IMG/VR virus record: IMGVR_UViG_3300032322_002033
Location: 30,075-94,074 of that record
Direction: 5' to 3' (one strand)
Length of the DNA stretch: 64,000 nucleotides
DNA from: a virus
Shown: piece after piece, positions 31,416-40,138 of the stretch
Numbering within the stretch: the stretch's first letter is position 1
Layout: each line of letters begins with the position of its first letter
The notes under the pieces: model-generated
What the model was told of the DNA's origin: nothing
Seen by the model: the letters and a program-made list of their open reading frames with translations, nothing else
Database searches by the model: none
Translations under genes and position numbers: made by a program

Positions 31416-31440
31416 CAAACCCAAATTTGTAAATTATAAT
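31412..31440 (+). promoter_or_regulatory. Perfect sigma70 consensus promoter for DNA polymerase
   Basis: TTGACA (31412-31417), 17 nt, TATAAT (31435-31440). Confidence 0.8.
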
Positions 31441-31460
31441 TAAACCAAAATAAGGTAAAC

Positions 31461-31478
31461 TCCGACCTATAATTCGGA
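31461..31478 (+). promoter_or_regulatory. 5' UTR hairpin, possible translational operator
   Basis: TCCGA-CCTATAAT-TCGGA: 5-bp stem, 8-nt loop, 25 nt before the polymerase ATG. Confidence 0.4.
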
Positions 31479-31503
31479 AGCAAATACACCAAAAGTTTAA
31501 TTT

Positions 31504-34299
31504 ATGATATCAAATGAAGAAATTGAGAATTTCCTACAAGGAAATGACGATGAGAAATACATCATCGGAGTAGAATACGATTACGTCAAAGATTGTGTTT
31601 GGAAAATTATTGAAGACCCTATTCACGGAAAACTAATTAAAAAAGATACATTCATCCCATTTGCATGGGTTGGTGACTTACGTGGATTAAACTTTTATCA
31701 ATCATCAAAAGCGTTACAGAAAGAAGCAATGACAAAACATAAGATTGTCATTGAAAAATTACGAACTGATGGTAATGAGCGATTAGAAAAAGGTTTGACA
31801 TTTATGGTTAAATCCCTAAATGGTTATCGTTCTCTTATTCAGTTTTTTAGAGATGGTGGAGTTGACCCTTGGGGTGAAAAGACCAAAGGACTTATCCTTA
31901 TTCTACCACCTGTTGAGCAATTTCTAGTTACAAAGGAGAAACGACTATTCAAAGGATTTGACGATTACAATAGTATTACGAGGTTTGTATTTGACTTAGA
32001 GACGACCGCATTAGAACCAAAGGATGGTCGTATCTTTATGATAGGGATGAAAACCAATAAAGGTTTTAGTCAAGTAATTGAGTGTTCAACTGAAGAACAA
32101 GAAAGAGAAGGTATTATCAAATTCTTTAATACCATAGATGAACTTAAACCAAGTATCATTGCATCTTATAACGGATTTAACTTTGACTGGTTTTGGATAT
32201 TTGAAAGAGCCAAGGCTCTAAAATTGGATATTAAGAAAGTTGCAAAAACTCTTAATCCAATTAACCCAATCAAACAATCTGAAAGTATGTTGAAACTCGC
32301 AAACGAGGTTGAAAGATTTAATCAGACATCTATGTGGGGGTATAACGTTGTGGATACATTACATGCAGTTAGAAGAGCTCAAGCAATTAACTCATCTATT
32401 AAATCTGCGGGTTTGAAGTATATCACCCAATATATTAAAGCCGAGGCCGCTGACCGAGTTTATATTGACCACACAGATATTGGTTCGTTCTACGCTAAGA
32501 AAGAAGAGTATTGGTTAAACATCCAAAACGGAAAATATAAGAAAGTGGGGATTGATACCTCAATTGATGAAGCGTGTTCCAAACATTCAAATGTTTATAT
32601 TAAAACAACAGGTGATGATTTGGTTGAACGATACCTTGACGATGACTTGGAGGAAACTTTAACCGTAGATGAGGAATTCAATCAGGGTTCGTTCCTACTT
32701 GCGTCTTTGGTCCCAACAACATATGAAAGGGTTTCCACTATGGGAACTGCAACATTATGGGAAATTCAAATGAGAGCTTGGTCATACAAACATAATTTGG
32801 CAATTCCCGCAAAGAATGAAAAAACAGAATTTGTTGGTGGATTATCGCGACTACTTAAAGTAGGATACTCAACTGATGTATTGAAACTTGACTTCTCGTC
32901 ACTTTACCCTTCAATACAACTTGTACACGATGTATTCCCAACTTGTGATATTACAGGAGCAATGAAAGGAATGTTAAATTACTTCCGTAATACTCGTATT
33001 AAGTATAAAAACTTGGCTAAAGAATATGCCGATATAGATAAGAAACAATCGACATCTTATGATAGAAAACAATTACCGATTAAGATTTTCATCAATAGTA
33101 TGTTTGGCGCGTTATCTGCACCACAGGTATATCACTGGGGTGATATGTATATGGGTGAACAGATTACTTGTACAGGACGACAATACCTTCGTCAGATGTT
33201 ACGTTTCTTTATGAAACGAGGTTATACTCCACTTGTATGTGATACGGATGGTATGAACTTCTCATTACCTGAAGGTGGTGTGGATGATAGAAGATACATT
33301 GGTAAGGGTAACAATTGGTTGGTTAAAGAAGGTAAGGAATACAAAGGTTATGATGCTGATGTTGCCGAGTTTAACGATATGTTTATGAAAGGTGCGATGG
33401 GTCTTGACTGTGATGGAACTTGGAAATCTTGTATGAACATTGCTCGTAAGAACTATGCAACAATGGAACATAATGGTAAGATTAAACTTACAGGTAACTC
33501 AATTAAGAGTAAGAAACTACCACTTTATATTGAGGACTTTTTGGACAAAGGAATTAAGATGTTGTTAGAAGGTGATGGTCAATCATTTGTTGAATGGTAT
33601 TACGAGTACTTGGAAGTAATCTTTAACCAACAAATTCCATTAATGAAGATTGCCCAAAGAGCAAAGGTTAAGTTATCAATTGACGATTATAAAAAACGTT
33701 CAAAGGAAAAGACCAAAGCTGGTAATGAGATGTCTCGTATGGCTCATATGGAATTGGCAATCCGTGATGGTATTGCCGTGAGTTTAGGTGATGTAATATT
33801 CTATGTAAATAATGGTGTTAAAGCATCGCACGGAGATGTCCAAAAGGTTAATAAACCTAAAAAAGGGTGGTCACAATCTGATTTGGATAATATGATGGAA
33901 GGATATGGTAAAATACCTCGTGAAATGGTTGAATCGTATGTAAAACTTAATTGTTATCGTCTTAACCCATCAGAATTGGAGTCCAATCCTAATATGACTG
34001 GTGAATATAACGTAGCGAGAGCTGTTGTAACTTTTAATAAAAGAATTGAACCATTGTTGATTGTGTTTGGTGAAGAAGTTAGAAATAATCTAATTGTTAC
34101 TGACCCTAAAGACAGAGGGTTGTTTACTAAAGACCAATGTAAATTGATTAATGGTGTTCCTTTTGAACCTGCGGACCAAGATAGTATTGAGGACTTGTTA
34201 ACTATTACAGAACAAGAAAAGGTATATTGGGGGAAACGAGGTATTGACCCTGAATATATTTACGAACTCGCTGAAGAAGGATGGGAAGAAATGGTCTAA
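31504..34299 (+). CDS. Family B DNA polymerase
   Basis: Exonuclease motifs FDLETT and YNGFNFDW; polymerase motifs LDFSSLYPS, KIFINSMFG, CDTDG, RKNY. Confidence 0.95.
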   Translation: MISNEEIENFLQGNDDEKYIIGVEYDYVKDCVWKIIEDPIHGKLIKKDTFIPFAWVGDLRGLNFYQSSKALQKEAMTKHKIVIEKLRTDGNERLEKGLTFMVKSLNGYRSLIQFFRDGGVDPWGEKTKGLILILPPVEQFLVTKEKRLFKGFDDYNSITRFVFDLETTALEPKDGRIFMIGMKTNKGFSQVIECSTEEQEREGIIKFFNTIDELKPSIIASYNGFNFDWFWIFERAKALKLDIKKVAKTLNPINPIKQSESMLKLANEVERFNQTSMWGYNVVDTLHAVRRAQAINSSIKSAGLKYITQYIKAEAADRVYIDHTDIGSFYAKKEEYWLNIQNGKYKKVGIDTSIDEACSKHSNVYIKTTGDDLVERYLDDDLEETLTVDEEFNQGSFLLASLVPTTYERVSTMGTATLWEIQMRAWSYKHNLAIPAKNEKTEFVGGLSRLLKVGYSTDVLKLDFSSLYPSIQLVHDVFPTCDITGAMKGMLNYFRNTRIKYKNLAKEYADIDKKQSTSYDRKQLPIKIFINSMFGALSAPQVYHWGDMYMGEQITCTGRQYLRQMLRFFMKRGYTPLVCDTDGMNFSLPEGGVDDRRYIGKGNNWLVKEGKEYKGYDADVAEFNDMFMKGAMGLDCDGTWKSCMNIARKNYATMEHNGKIKLTGNSIKSKKLPLYIEDFLDKGIKMLLEGDGQSFVEWYYEYLEVIFNQQIPLMKIAQRAKVKLSIDDYKKRSKEKTKAGNEMSRMAHMELAIRDGIAVSLGDVIFYVNNGVKASHGDVQKVNKPKKGWSQSDLDNMMEGYGKIPREMVESYVKLNCYRLNPSELESNPNMTGEYNVARAVVTFNKRIEPLLIVFGEEVRNNLIVTDPKDRGLFTKDQCKLINGVPFEPADQDSIEDLLTITEQEKVYWGKRGIDPEYIYELAEEGWEEMV

Positions 34300-34631
34300 G
34301 ATTGTTTCAACCCATCTGAGGATACAATATACCAATTACCAAAGGCATAATACATTTCAATTGATGCTCCTTTTTCAATATTGATTTCATTAAATTCTTC
34401 ATCAATTAAACCATTTAATGGTAAAATTTTTGTAGATGTCAGGGCTTTAATGATGATATGGTCAGTATTTGTATTGTCTAATTTAATGGTAATATTTTGA
34501 TTTTCTTTTGTGATGATAACACATTCACCATTTGTTGTGTATTCACTATCACTAACTAAACATAATTGACTGGTCATTAAAGTTTGACCAGCAATTATTC
34601 TTCTCATCGGTACTGATTTTAAGATTGGCAT
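34296..34631 (-). CDS. Hypothetical small beta-rich protein, probably virion-associated
   Basis: Directly follows the neck gene; stop overlaps the polymerase stop (convergent). Confidence 0.6.
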   Translation of the reverse strand: MPILKSVPMRRIIAGQTLMTSQLCLVSDSEYTTNGECVIITKENQNITIKLDNTNTDHIIIKALTSTKILPLNGLIDEEFNEINIEKGASIEMYYAFGNWYIVSSDGLKQS

Positions 34632-34633
34632 AA

Positions 34634-35761
34634 TTAAATCACATATAAGTTTCTTGGGAACGCTCTTGTCTTCATTTGTTTCTGTAAGTTTTCAGCAATT
34701 GCTGCTTCACGTTCCATTATTTTTTCAGGTCTTAATCTTGTTAATTTTCCTTCAGCTCCAAACAAATCATCCCAAAGTTTTGCCTTTTCATCTTTTGCTT
34801 CACTTGCCAAAGATTGGTATTCCATAGTTACTTCACTTTCAGGTGTTTTTAAATTTCCTGAATATTTTCCTCTGACTTTTGACAAAGTTTCTTTACATGA
34901 TGCAATAAACCATCTTCTAACCCATTGCTGTGACGGATTATTTAAATCATTCCATGTTAAAACTTCCATAGGTACATCTGACGGCATTCTTATAATATCA
35001 GGATTTGCCTTTAAACAAGCATCTCTATCGTCAGGACCAACATCATAATACCAATACCAAACTTGCGAATGTTTTAAAGAAGAGTTACCAAAGTCAAATT
35101 TCCCACCTGGTGTTTGCATTAAATGTATCGCTTTTTTACCATCAGGTAATGAAGTAATTCTATATGTTAAATCACCGGCAATAATTCTTCTTTGTATGTT
35201 AATTTGTTGTAAACGTAACATCATATCAAACGCTGGCATCATAAAATAAGAACCCGTATATCCCATCTGAGTATAACCTGCCGGACCACCCATACCATAT
35301 CCACCCAAAGCTCCAAAACTCCAAGGGTCAAATAAAAGGTTATTCATTGCGGTTGGAGTAAACCATAAAAGTTCATTAACTTCTCTACCTGCAGGAATTT
35401 CATAAATTTGTTTATTTGGTTCTAAAGTGATATAATCTTTTTTTAATTCCCAATCCCCAAGTGGTGACGATTGTAAACCAACAATTTTAGAATACGCTTG
35501 TGCATATCTATTTTCATAATCCAAACTTTTTGTAATAAATGCTCTCGATAATGATTGGGTATCTAAGTTTAGATTGTATAATGAAGTCCACTGAGTATCA
35601 ATCAACCAATCTTGAATGTATTGTGAATAATCACCTATTGAAAATTCTAATAGTGTATCCATTTGCTCATCTTCTAATTCGATTGAACGCAAAGGAGCCC
35701 CGAGTACGTGTCTTATTTTGGTATATAATTCACTTCTAAATGGTTCTGAAATTATTGACAT
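34634..35761 (-). CDS. Neck/head-tail adaptor protein (T4 gp13-like)
   Basis: LGAPLRSIELEDEQ N-terminus and WVRRW..CKETLSKVRGKY C-terminus typical of gp13-like proteins. Confidence 0.75.
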   Translation of the reverse strand: MSIISEPFRSELYTKIRHVLGAPLRSIELEDEQMDTLLEFSIGDYSQYIQDWLIDTQWTSLYNLNLDTQSLSRAFITKSLDYENRYAQAYSKIVGLQSSPLGDWELKKDYITLEPNKQIYEIPAGREVNELLWFTPTAMNNLLFDPWSFGALGGYGMGGPAGYTQMGYTGSYFMMPAFDMMLRLQQINIQRRIIAGDLTYRITSLPDGKKAIHLMQTPGGKFDFGNSSLKHSQVWYWYYDVGPDDRDACLKANPDIIRMPSDVPMEVLTWNDLNNPSQQWVRRWFIASCKETLSKVRGKYSGNLKTPESEVTMEYQSLASEAKDEKAKLWDDLFGAEGKLTRLRPEKIMEREAAIAENLQKQMKTRAFPRNLYVI

Positions 35762-35787
35762 GATATTTCTTTATATATAAATATCAT

Positions 35788-36495
35788 CTACTTTTTTTCA
35801 ATTTTTGTTTTGTATAAATCGTTGACAAATTTCCAATTAACAGCCTCCCAAAAGTTTTGAATATATTCATCTCTTTTGTTTTGGTATTTTAAGTAATACG
35901 CGTGTTCCCATAAATCCAATCCTAATAACGGAAACCCACCATAATCAAAAATATTCATAAGTGGGTTATCTTGATTTGCGGTTGACATAATTTTTAAATT
36001 TCCCTTATCGGTTAAAATTAACCAAATCCAACCTGACCCAAATCTTTTTTTTGCCTCAGACTCAAACCTAATTCTAAATTTTTTATATCCTCCAAAATCC
36101 TTAACAATTTTTTCCAAAATTTCACCAAATGGTTTTTGTGGAGTTGGGGACAACATTTTCCAAAATAACGCGTGATTAAATGCCCCACCTGCGTTATTTC
36201 TAATTGTTGTATTATACTTTGAAATTTGTTTAACAATATTTTCTAATTCAACATCTCCGTAATCTTTCTTTCGTAGTGCTGAATTTAATTTTTTAACATA
36301 ACCCTTATAATGTTTTTGATAATGAAACTTCATAGTTTCAGGGTCAATAAACCTTCTTAAAGAAGCGTAACTATATGGTAATTTATCAATACCAATAGTC
36401 TTCATTTCTGTTAAAAAATATCTCTCACTTTCTAACAGATTTTCCCCACTAATTTTTTTAATTAAATTTTCAGTTAAAATATTAAGTGACTTCAT
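35788..36495 (-). CDS. sod: Fe/Mn superoxide dismutase (Mn-type signature) with a 30-aa N-terminal extension
   Basis: LPY, HYQKH, NAGGAFNHALFW, FGSGW, NQD and DLWEHAYY motifs. Confidence 0.93.
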   Translation of the reverse strand: MKSLNILTENLIKKISGENLLESERYFLTEMKTIGIDKLPYSYASLRRFIDPETMKFHYQKHYKGYVKKLNSALRKKDYGDVELENIVKQISKYNTTIRNNAGGAFNHALFWKMLSPTPQKPFGEILEKIVKDFGGYKKFRIRFESEAKKRFGSGWIWLILTDKGNLKIMSTANQDNPLMNIFDYGGFPLLGLDLWEHAYYLKYQNKRDEYIQNFWEAVNWKFVNDLYKTKIEKK

Positions 36496-36508
36496 CACTT
36501 ATAAATAC

Positions 36509-38254
36509 TTAACCCCTATTGATTTCGTTCAATATTTGTTCAACAATATCTGCAGGTTCATCACCCGTGTCTCCCATAACGGTACCAATAATTTGTTTTT
36601 TCTTAATTAAGATGTCATAGATAACACCTTCAATTGTGTTTTCAAATAAAGGATAAAATATAGATACGTTGTTTTTTTGACCATATCTGTATGCCCTATC
36701 TTCTGCTTGAGCGTGTTCTGCGGGAACAAATGATAAATCATTCATAATAACTGCTTCACCTTCAGTTAAAGTAAGACCAACACCTGCTGCCTTTAAATTA
36801 CCACAAAATACTTTGATTTTATCACTTGTTTGGAATTTATCTACAGCATCCTGTCTTGCGGGTTTTGGGGTGGAACCATCCAAATAAACTGAGGATTTAC
36901 CAAAATGGTCGTGTATCTTTTTTAAAGGTTCTGTAAAATTACTAAAAATAATAACCTTCTTACCTTGTTCAATAATATTCTCGGCAAGTTCAATAGTGTA
37001 AGCAATTTTTTCTTCAGCAATAACTTGTCTGACTTTCATCAGTTTTGTAAATTGAACAGATAGTGATTTGGATTCTTCTTGTCGATTGTTATACCAATCA
37101 TAATATTCACCCATAAGACCCTCATACATTTTTGACTTTAATCTCAAATATACGGGGGTAATAATTTTATCAGGTAAATCCAATACATCAGTTTTTAATC
37201 TTCTTAAAATTTGACGAGAAGTTCTTTCTCTAAGTTCTTCTAAATTTGACGCTCCTGTAACGTTCCACACTTTCTTATTTCCAACTCTAAACTGATACCC
37301 ACCACAATAACGAATTGCGTAAGCCATCCAATTTTGACTTACAGGACTATCAATTAATTTTAAAATGTTATAGTAATTCATAGGACGAGAAGTCATCGGA
37401 GTTCCCGTTAATAACCAAAGTTTTTTTATATCTTTGGTTAAATCCATTATGATTTTTGTTCTTTGAGCTTGAGCATTTGAAACATAATGAGCTTCATCAA
37501 TAATCACCAAATCAAATTTGGATTTTGAAATTAATGAATTGTCTTTATCTTTTGGGTCGTGGAAGTTTTTTAGAATATCATAGTTTGTGATAATGTAGTC
37601 AGCATCCTCATATTTTTTTCCCTCGCAGATATAGATTGATTTATCTGTATAATTTCTAATTTCCCTTTCCCAATTTATCTTTAAAGATGCTGGACAAATG
37701 ATTAAAACTTTTTTAGCCCCACTTTCTAATGATGCAATAATTGTTGAAGTCGTTTTTCCTAATCCCATGTCGTCAGCCAAAATGAACTTATCATTTTTTA
37801 ACAACTTCTCAATTGCTTCTTTTTGGTGTGATAGTGGAGGACGATTCTCATATTTTGAGTAATCAACATTTACTTCATTTTCTCTATATTCTTTAATAAT
37901 CGCAGCCTTCGGTACCCAAAAATCGTGAGTAGTTTCTCCACTAAAAACCTTACCCCAAATATGATATGATTTATCTTTTTCAACTAAGAGCTTCTCAACA
38001 TATATTTTATCAGGTTCTTTAATAAACGGATTGTCCTCAACAAGTTTGGTTGAGAAATAAGAATCAATCGGCACCCATTTTTTGGCAACTTTTGGATTAA
38101 CGTTATGGTAATTAATTACATATTCGCATTGAGCTCTTGTGGGGACATGTTTTTTGTTTGTCTCGCACTGATTTTTAATTTTTAAAATATAATTGTTTGA
38201 GCCATTATAGGTCTCCAAAATAGAAATTGCCTGTTGCTCAATACTAATGTTCAT
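36509..38254 (-). CDS. SNF2-family (HARP/SMARCAL1-like) helicase
   Basis: ADDMGLGKT, DEAH, LTGTP, GVGLTLT and QAEDRAYRYGQ motifs. Confidence 0.93.
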   Translation of the reverse strand: MNISIEQQAISILETYNGSNNYILKIKNQCETNKKHVPTRAQCEYVINYHNVNPKVAKKWVPIDSYFSTKLVEDNPFIKEPDKIYVEKLLVEKDKSYHIWGKVFSGETTHDFWVPKAAIIKEYRENEVNVDYSKYENRPPLSHQKEAIEKLLKNDKFILADDMGLGKTTSTIIASLESGAKKVLIICPASLKINWEREIRNYTDKSIYICEGKKYEDADYIITNYDILKNFHDPKDKDNSLISKSKFDLVIIDEAHYVSNAQAQRTKIIMDLTKDIKKLWLLTGTPMTSRPMNYYNILKLIDSPVSQNWMAYAIRYCGGYQFRVGNKKVWNVTGASNLEELRERTSRQILRRLKTDVLDLPDKIITPVYLRLKSKMYEGLMGEYYDWYNNRQEESKSLSVQFTKLMKVRQVIAEEKIAYTIELAENIIEQGKKVIIFSNFTEPLKKIHDHFGKSSVYLDGSTPKPARQDAVDKFQTSDKIKVFCGNLKAAGVGLTLTEGEAVIMNDLSFVPAEHAQAEDRAYRYGQKNNVSIFYPLFENTIEGVIYDILIKKKQIIGTVMGDTGDEPADIVEQILNEINRG

Positions 38255-38307
38255 ATTTACTAATACTATAACAAATAATAATAAACAAAAATAAGATATT
38301 TATCAAT

Positions 38308-38823
38308 ATGTCAAATAGAATAGTTCCAATAACAAGATTAGGTAAATTTTTTGGTGCTGAAGATTTCAATTTAGAAATTTCTATGGGTAAAGAATGGGTA
38401 CATGGAGATATGAATTTTACTTTGGTTCTTTACCGAGTTGATAGACAAAAAACGAATACTGATGACGTTTACGGAGAGGCGGTTAAAGATGGAATTAAAT
38501 TTTTAACACCTGTAGAATTTAAAGGTATTGTTAAAATTGAGCAACCTAAGAATGAATATTTAGATAAATCTATGATTGAACAATTAGAGCCAGGTAATTT
38601 ACAAGTTTCTGTTTATCAATCTGATTTAGATGAGTTAGGTATTGACATAGAATTTGGTGATTATATTGGTTATTATGAAACTGAAAAGAGAGTTAGATAT
38701 TATTCAGTTTTTAATGATGGTAGAGTTATTAGTGATAATAAACACACATATGGTGGTTACAAACCTTATTATAGAACAATAATGGCATCACCTGTTACGG
38801 ATAACGAATTTAGAGGATTGTAA
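38308..38823 (+). CDS. Putative head closure/neck protein (gp14-like)
   Basis: DDVYGE motif; position upstream of tail terminator and sheath. Confidence 0.55.
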   Translation: MSNRIVPITRLGKFFGAEDFNLEISMGKEWVHGDMNFTLVLYRVDRQKTNTDDVYGEAVKDGIKFLTPVEFKGIVKIEQPKNEYLDKSMIEQLEPGNLQVSVYQSDLDELGIDIEFGDYIGYYETEKRVRYYSVFNDGRVISDNKHTYGGYKPYYRTIMASPVTDNEFRGL

Positions 38824-39875
38824 TGGCATTACCCAAAAAAGTTATAAAAAATTTATCTCTATATCCTGAAAAGGTTGGCAGGGAAAGAAGACAAGAACTT
38901 CTTGACGATATTAATCGTGATGGTACTTATTTGCCCAAATCAATTCTACATGAAGATTTAGATAGAGGTTTTTTAGACTTTGTTAAAAATGAATTAAAAG
39001 TTGTCACAGATGGAAAAACAATTCCTGTTGTGGACATTTTAATATCATCACAAAATTGGGCTCAATTTTCGCAAACATGGAATTTTAAAAATTTAGATAA
39101 AAACACAGAACCACCTTTTATTACAACAATTAGAAAACCTGAAGTAAAATTTGGGTCACTACCATCTTTACAATACAACATACCAAATAGAAGACAATAT
39201 TATTATGCAGCAGTCCCTAATTGGAGTGGAGAAAGAAAAGGTGTTGATATCTATACAATCCCACAACCAATTCCTGTTGATATTGAATATTCAGTTAAAA
39301 TAATTTGTAATAGAATGAGAGAACTGAATCAATTTAATAAAATTGTTTTGGATAAATTCGCGTCTTTACAAGCATATACAAGAGTTAAGGGACATTACAT
39401 TAGAATCACATGGAAAGAAATTTCTGATGAGTCTGTTTTAGATTTAGAAAAAAGAAAATATTATATCCAATCTTATGATTTTGTCTTATCAGGGTTTTTA
39501 TTAGATGAAAATGAATTTGAGGTTAAGCCAGGAATTACAAGAGCATTACAAATTTTTGAAACCTCATCAAGTGGAAGAACTAAAAAGAAAAAAAGAGCAA
39601 TTGAAAATAGTGATGTAATATCTACAGAAATTGTTATGTCTGCCGGAACAACAACATATTCTAAAACATTTGAATATAATGTTAATTTAAAACTTATGGG
39701 AACTGAAAATATAACATCTTTTAATGTTTATATTAATAACTTATTTTTTGGAACAACATTCTCAGGACTTACAAATTCTGTTCAATTAAATTCAAATGAC
39801 GTATTAAGAATTGATATTGTTCAAACTAATAATACGGTAGATTCAGTATTCAAAATAGAAGAAATATTGGTTTAA
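38823..39875 (+). CDS. Putative tail terminator/sheath stabiliser (gp15-like) with C-terminal extension
   Basis: PIPVDIEYSV..ELNQF pattern; position before the sheath genes. Confidence 0.55.
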   Translation: MALPKKVIKNLSLYPEKVGRERRQELLDDINRDGTYLPKSILHEDLDRGFLDFVKNELKVVTDGKTIPVVDILISSQNWAQFSQTWNFKNLDKNTEPPFITTIRKPEVKFGSLPSLQYNIPNRRQYYYAAVPNWSGERKGVDIYTIPQPIPVDIEYSVKIICNRMRELNQFNKIVLDKFASLQAYTRVKGHYIRITWKEISDESVLDLEKRKYYIQSYDFVLSGFLLDENEFEVKPGITRALQIFETSSSGRTKKKKRAIENSDVISTEIVMSAGTTTYSKTFEYNVNLKLMGTENITSFNVYINNLFFGTTFSGLTNSVQLNSNDVLRIDIVQTNNTVDSVFKIEEILV

Positions 39876-40021
39876 TTTTCACCATATATATCTTTTTTTT
39901 CTGAACAATTTTCAAATATCATCTTCTCAATAAATTTATGAATTTTTAAACCATTTTTCTCACAATACTTTTTAAGTACTTTGTGACTATCTTCTGATAT
40001 TTTAAGATTCTTTATTTTCAT
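39872..40021 (-). CDS. Small ribbon-helix-helix DNA-binding protein, 49 aa (absent from ORF track)
   Basis: Manual translation MKIKNLKISEDSHKVLKKYCEKNGLKIHKFIEKMIFENCSEKKDIYGEN: alternating beta strand, helix, G turn, helix. Confidence 0.7.
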   Translation of the reverse strand: MKIKNLKISEDSHKVLKKYCEKNGLKIHKFIEKMIFENCSEKKDIYGEN

Positions 40022-40039
40022 GGCAGAAAAAGGGCAGAA
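40022..40039. repeat. GGCAGAA direct repeat with 11-bp period, possible RHH operator
   Basis: GGCAGAA at 40022-40028 and 40033-40039 in an otherwise AT-rich spacer. Confidence 0.45.
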
Positions 40040-40138
40040 TTTATTCTTACTAACAAGTAAATAGTTTCCACAATCAAAGTATTTTGATTAAAAACATAAT
40101 ATTTATGAATAAAATAAAAAAATTAAAAATTAAAATTA

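Noticed and set aside
31504-38254. Intron or intein in the polymerase or helicase
   Set aside because: Both ORFs are continuous, with no intein terminal motifs or homing endonuclease signature seen
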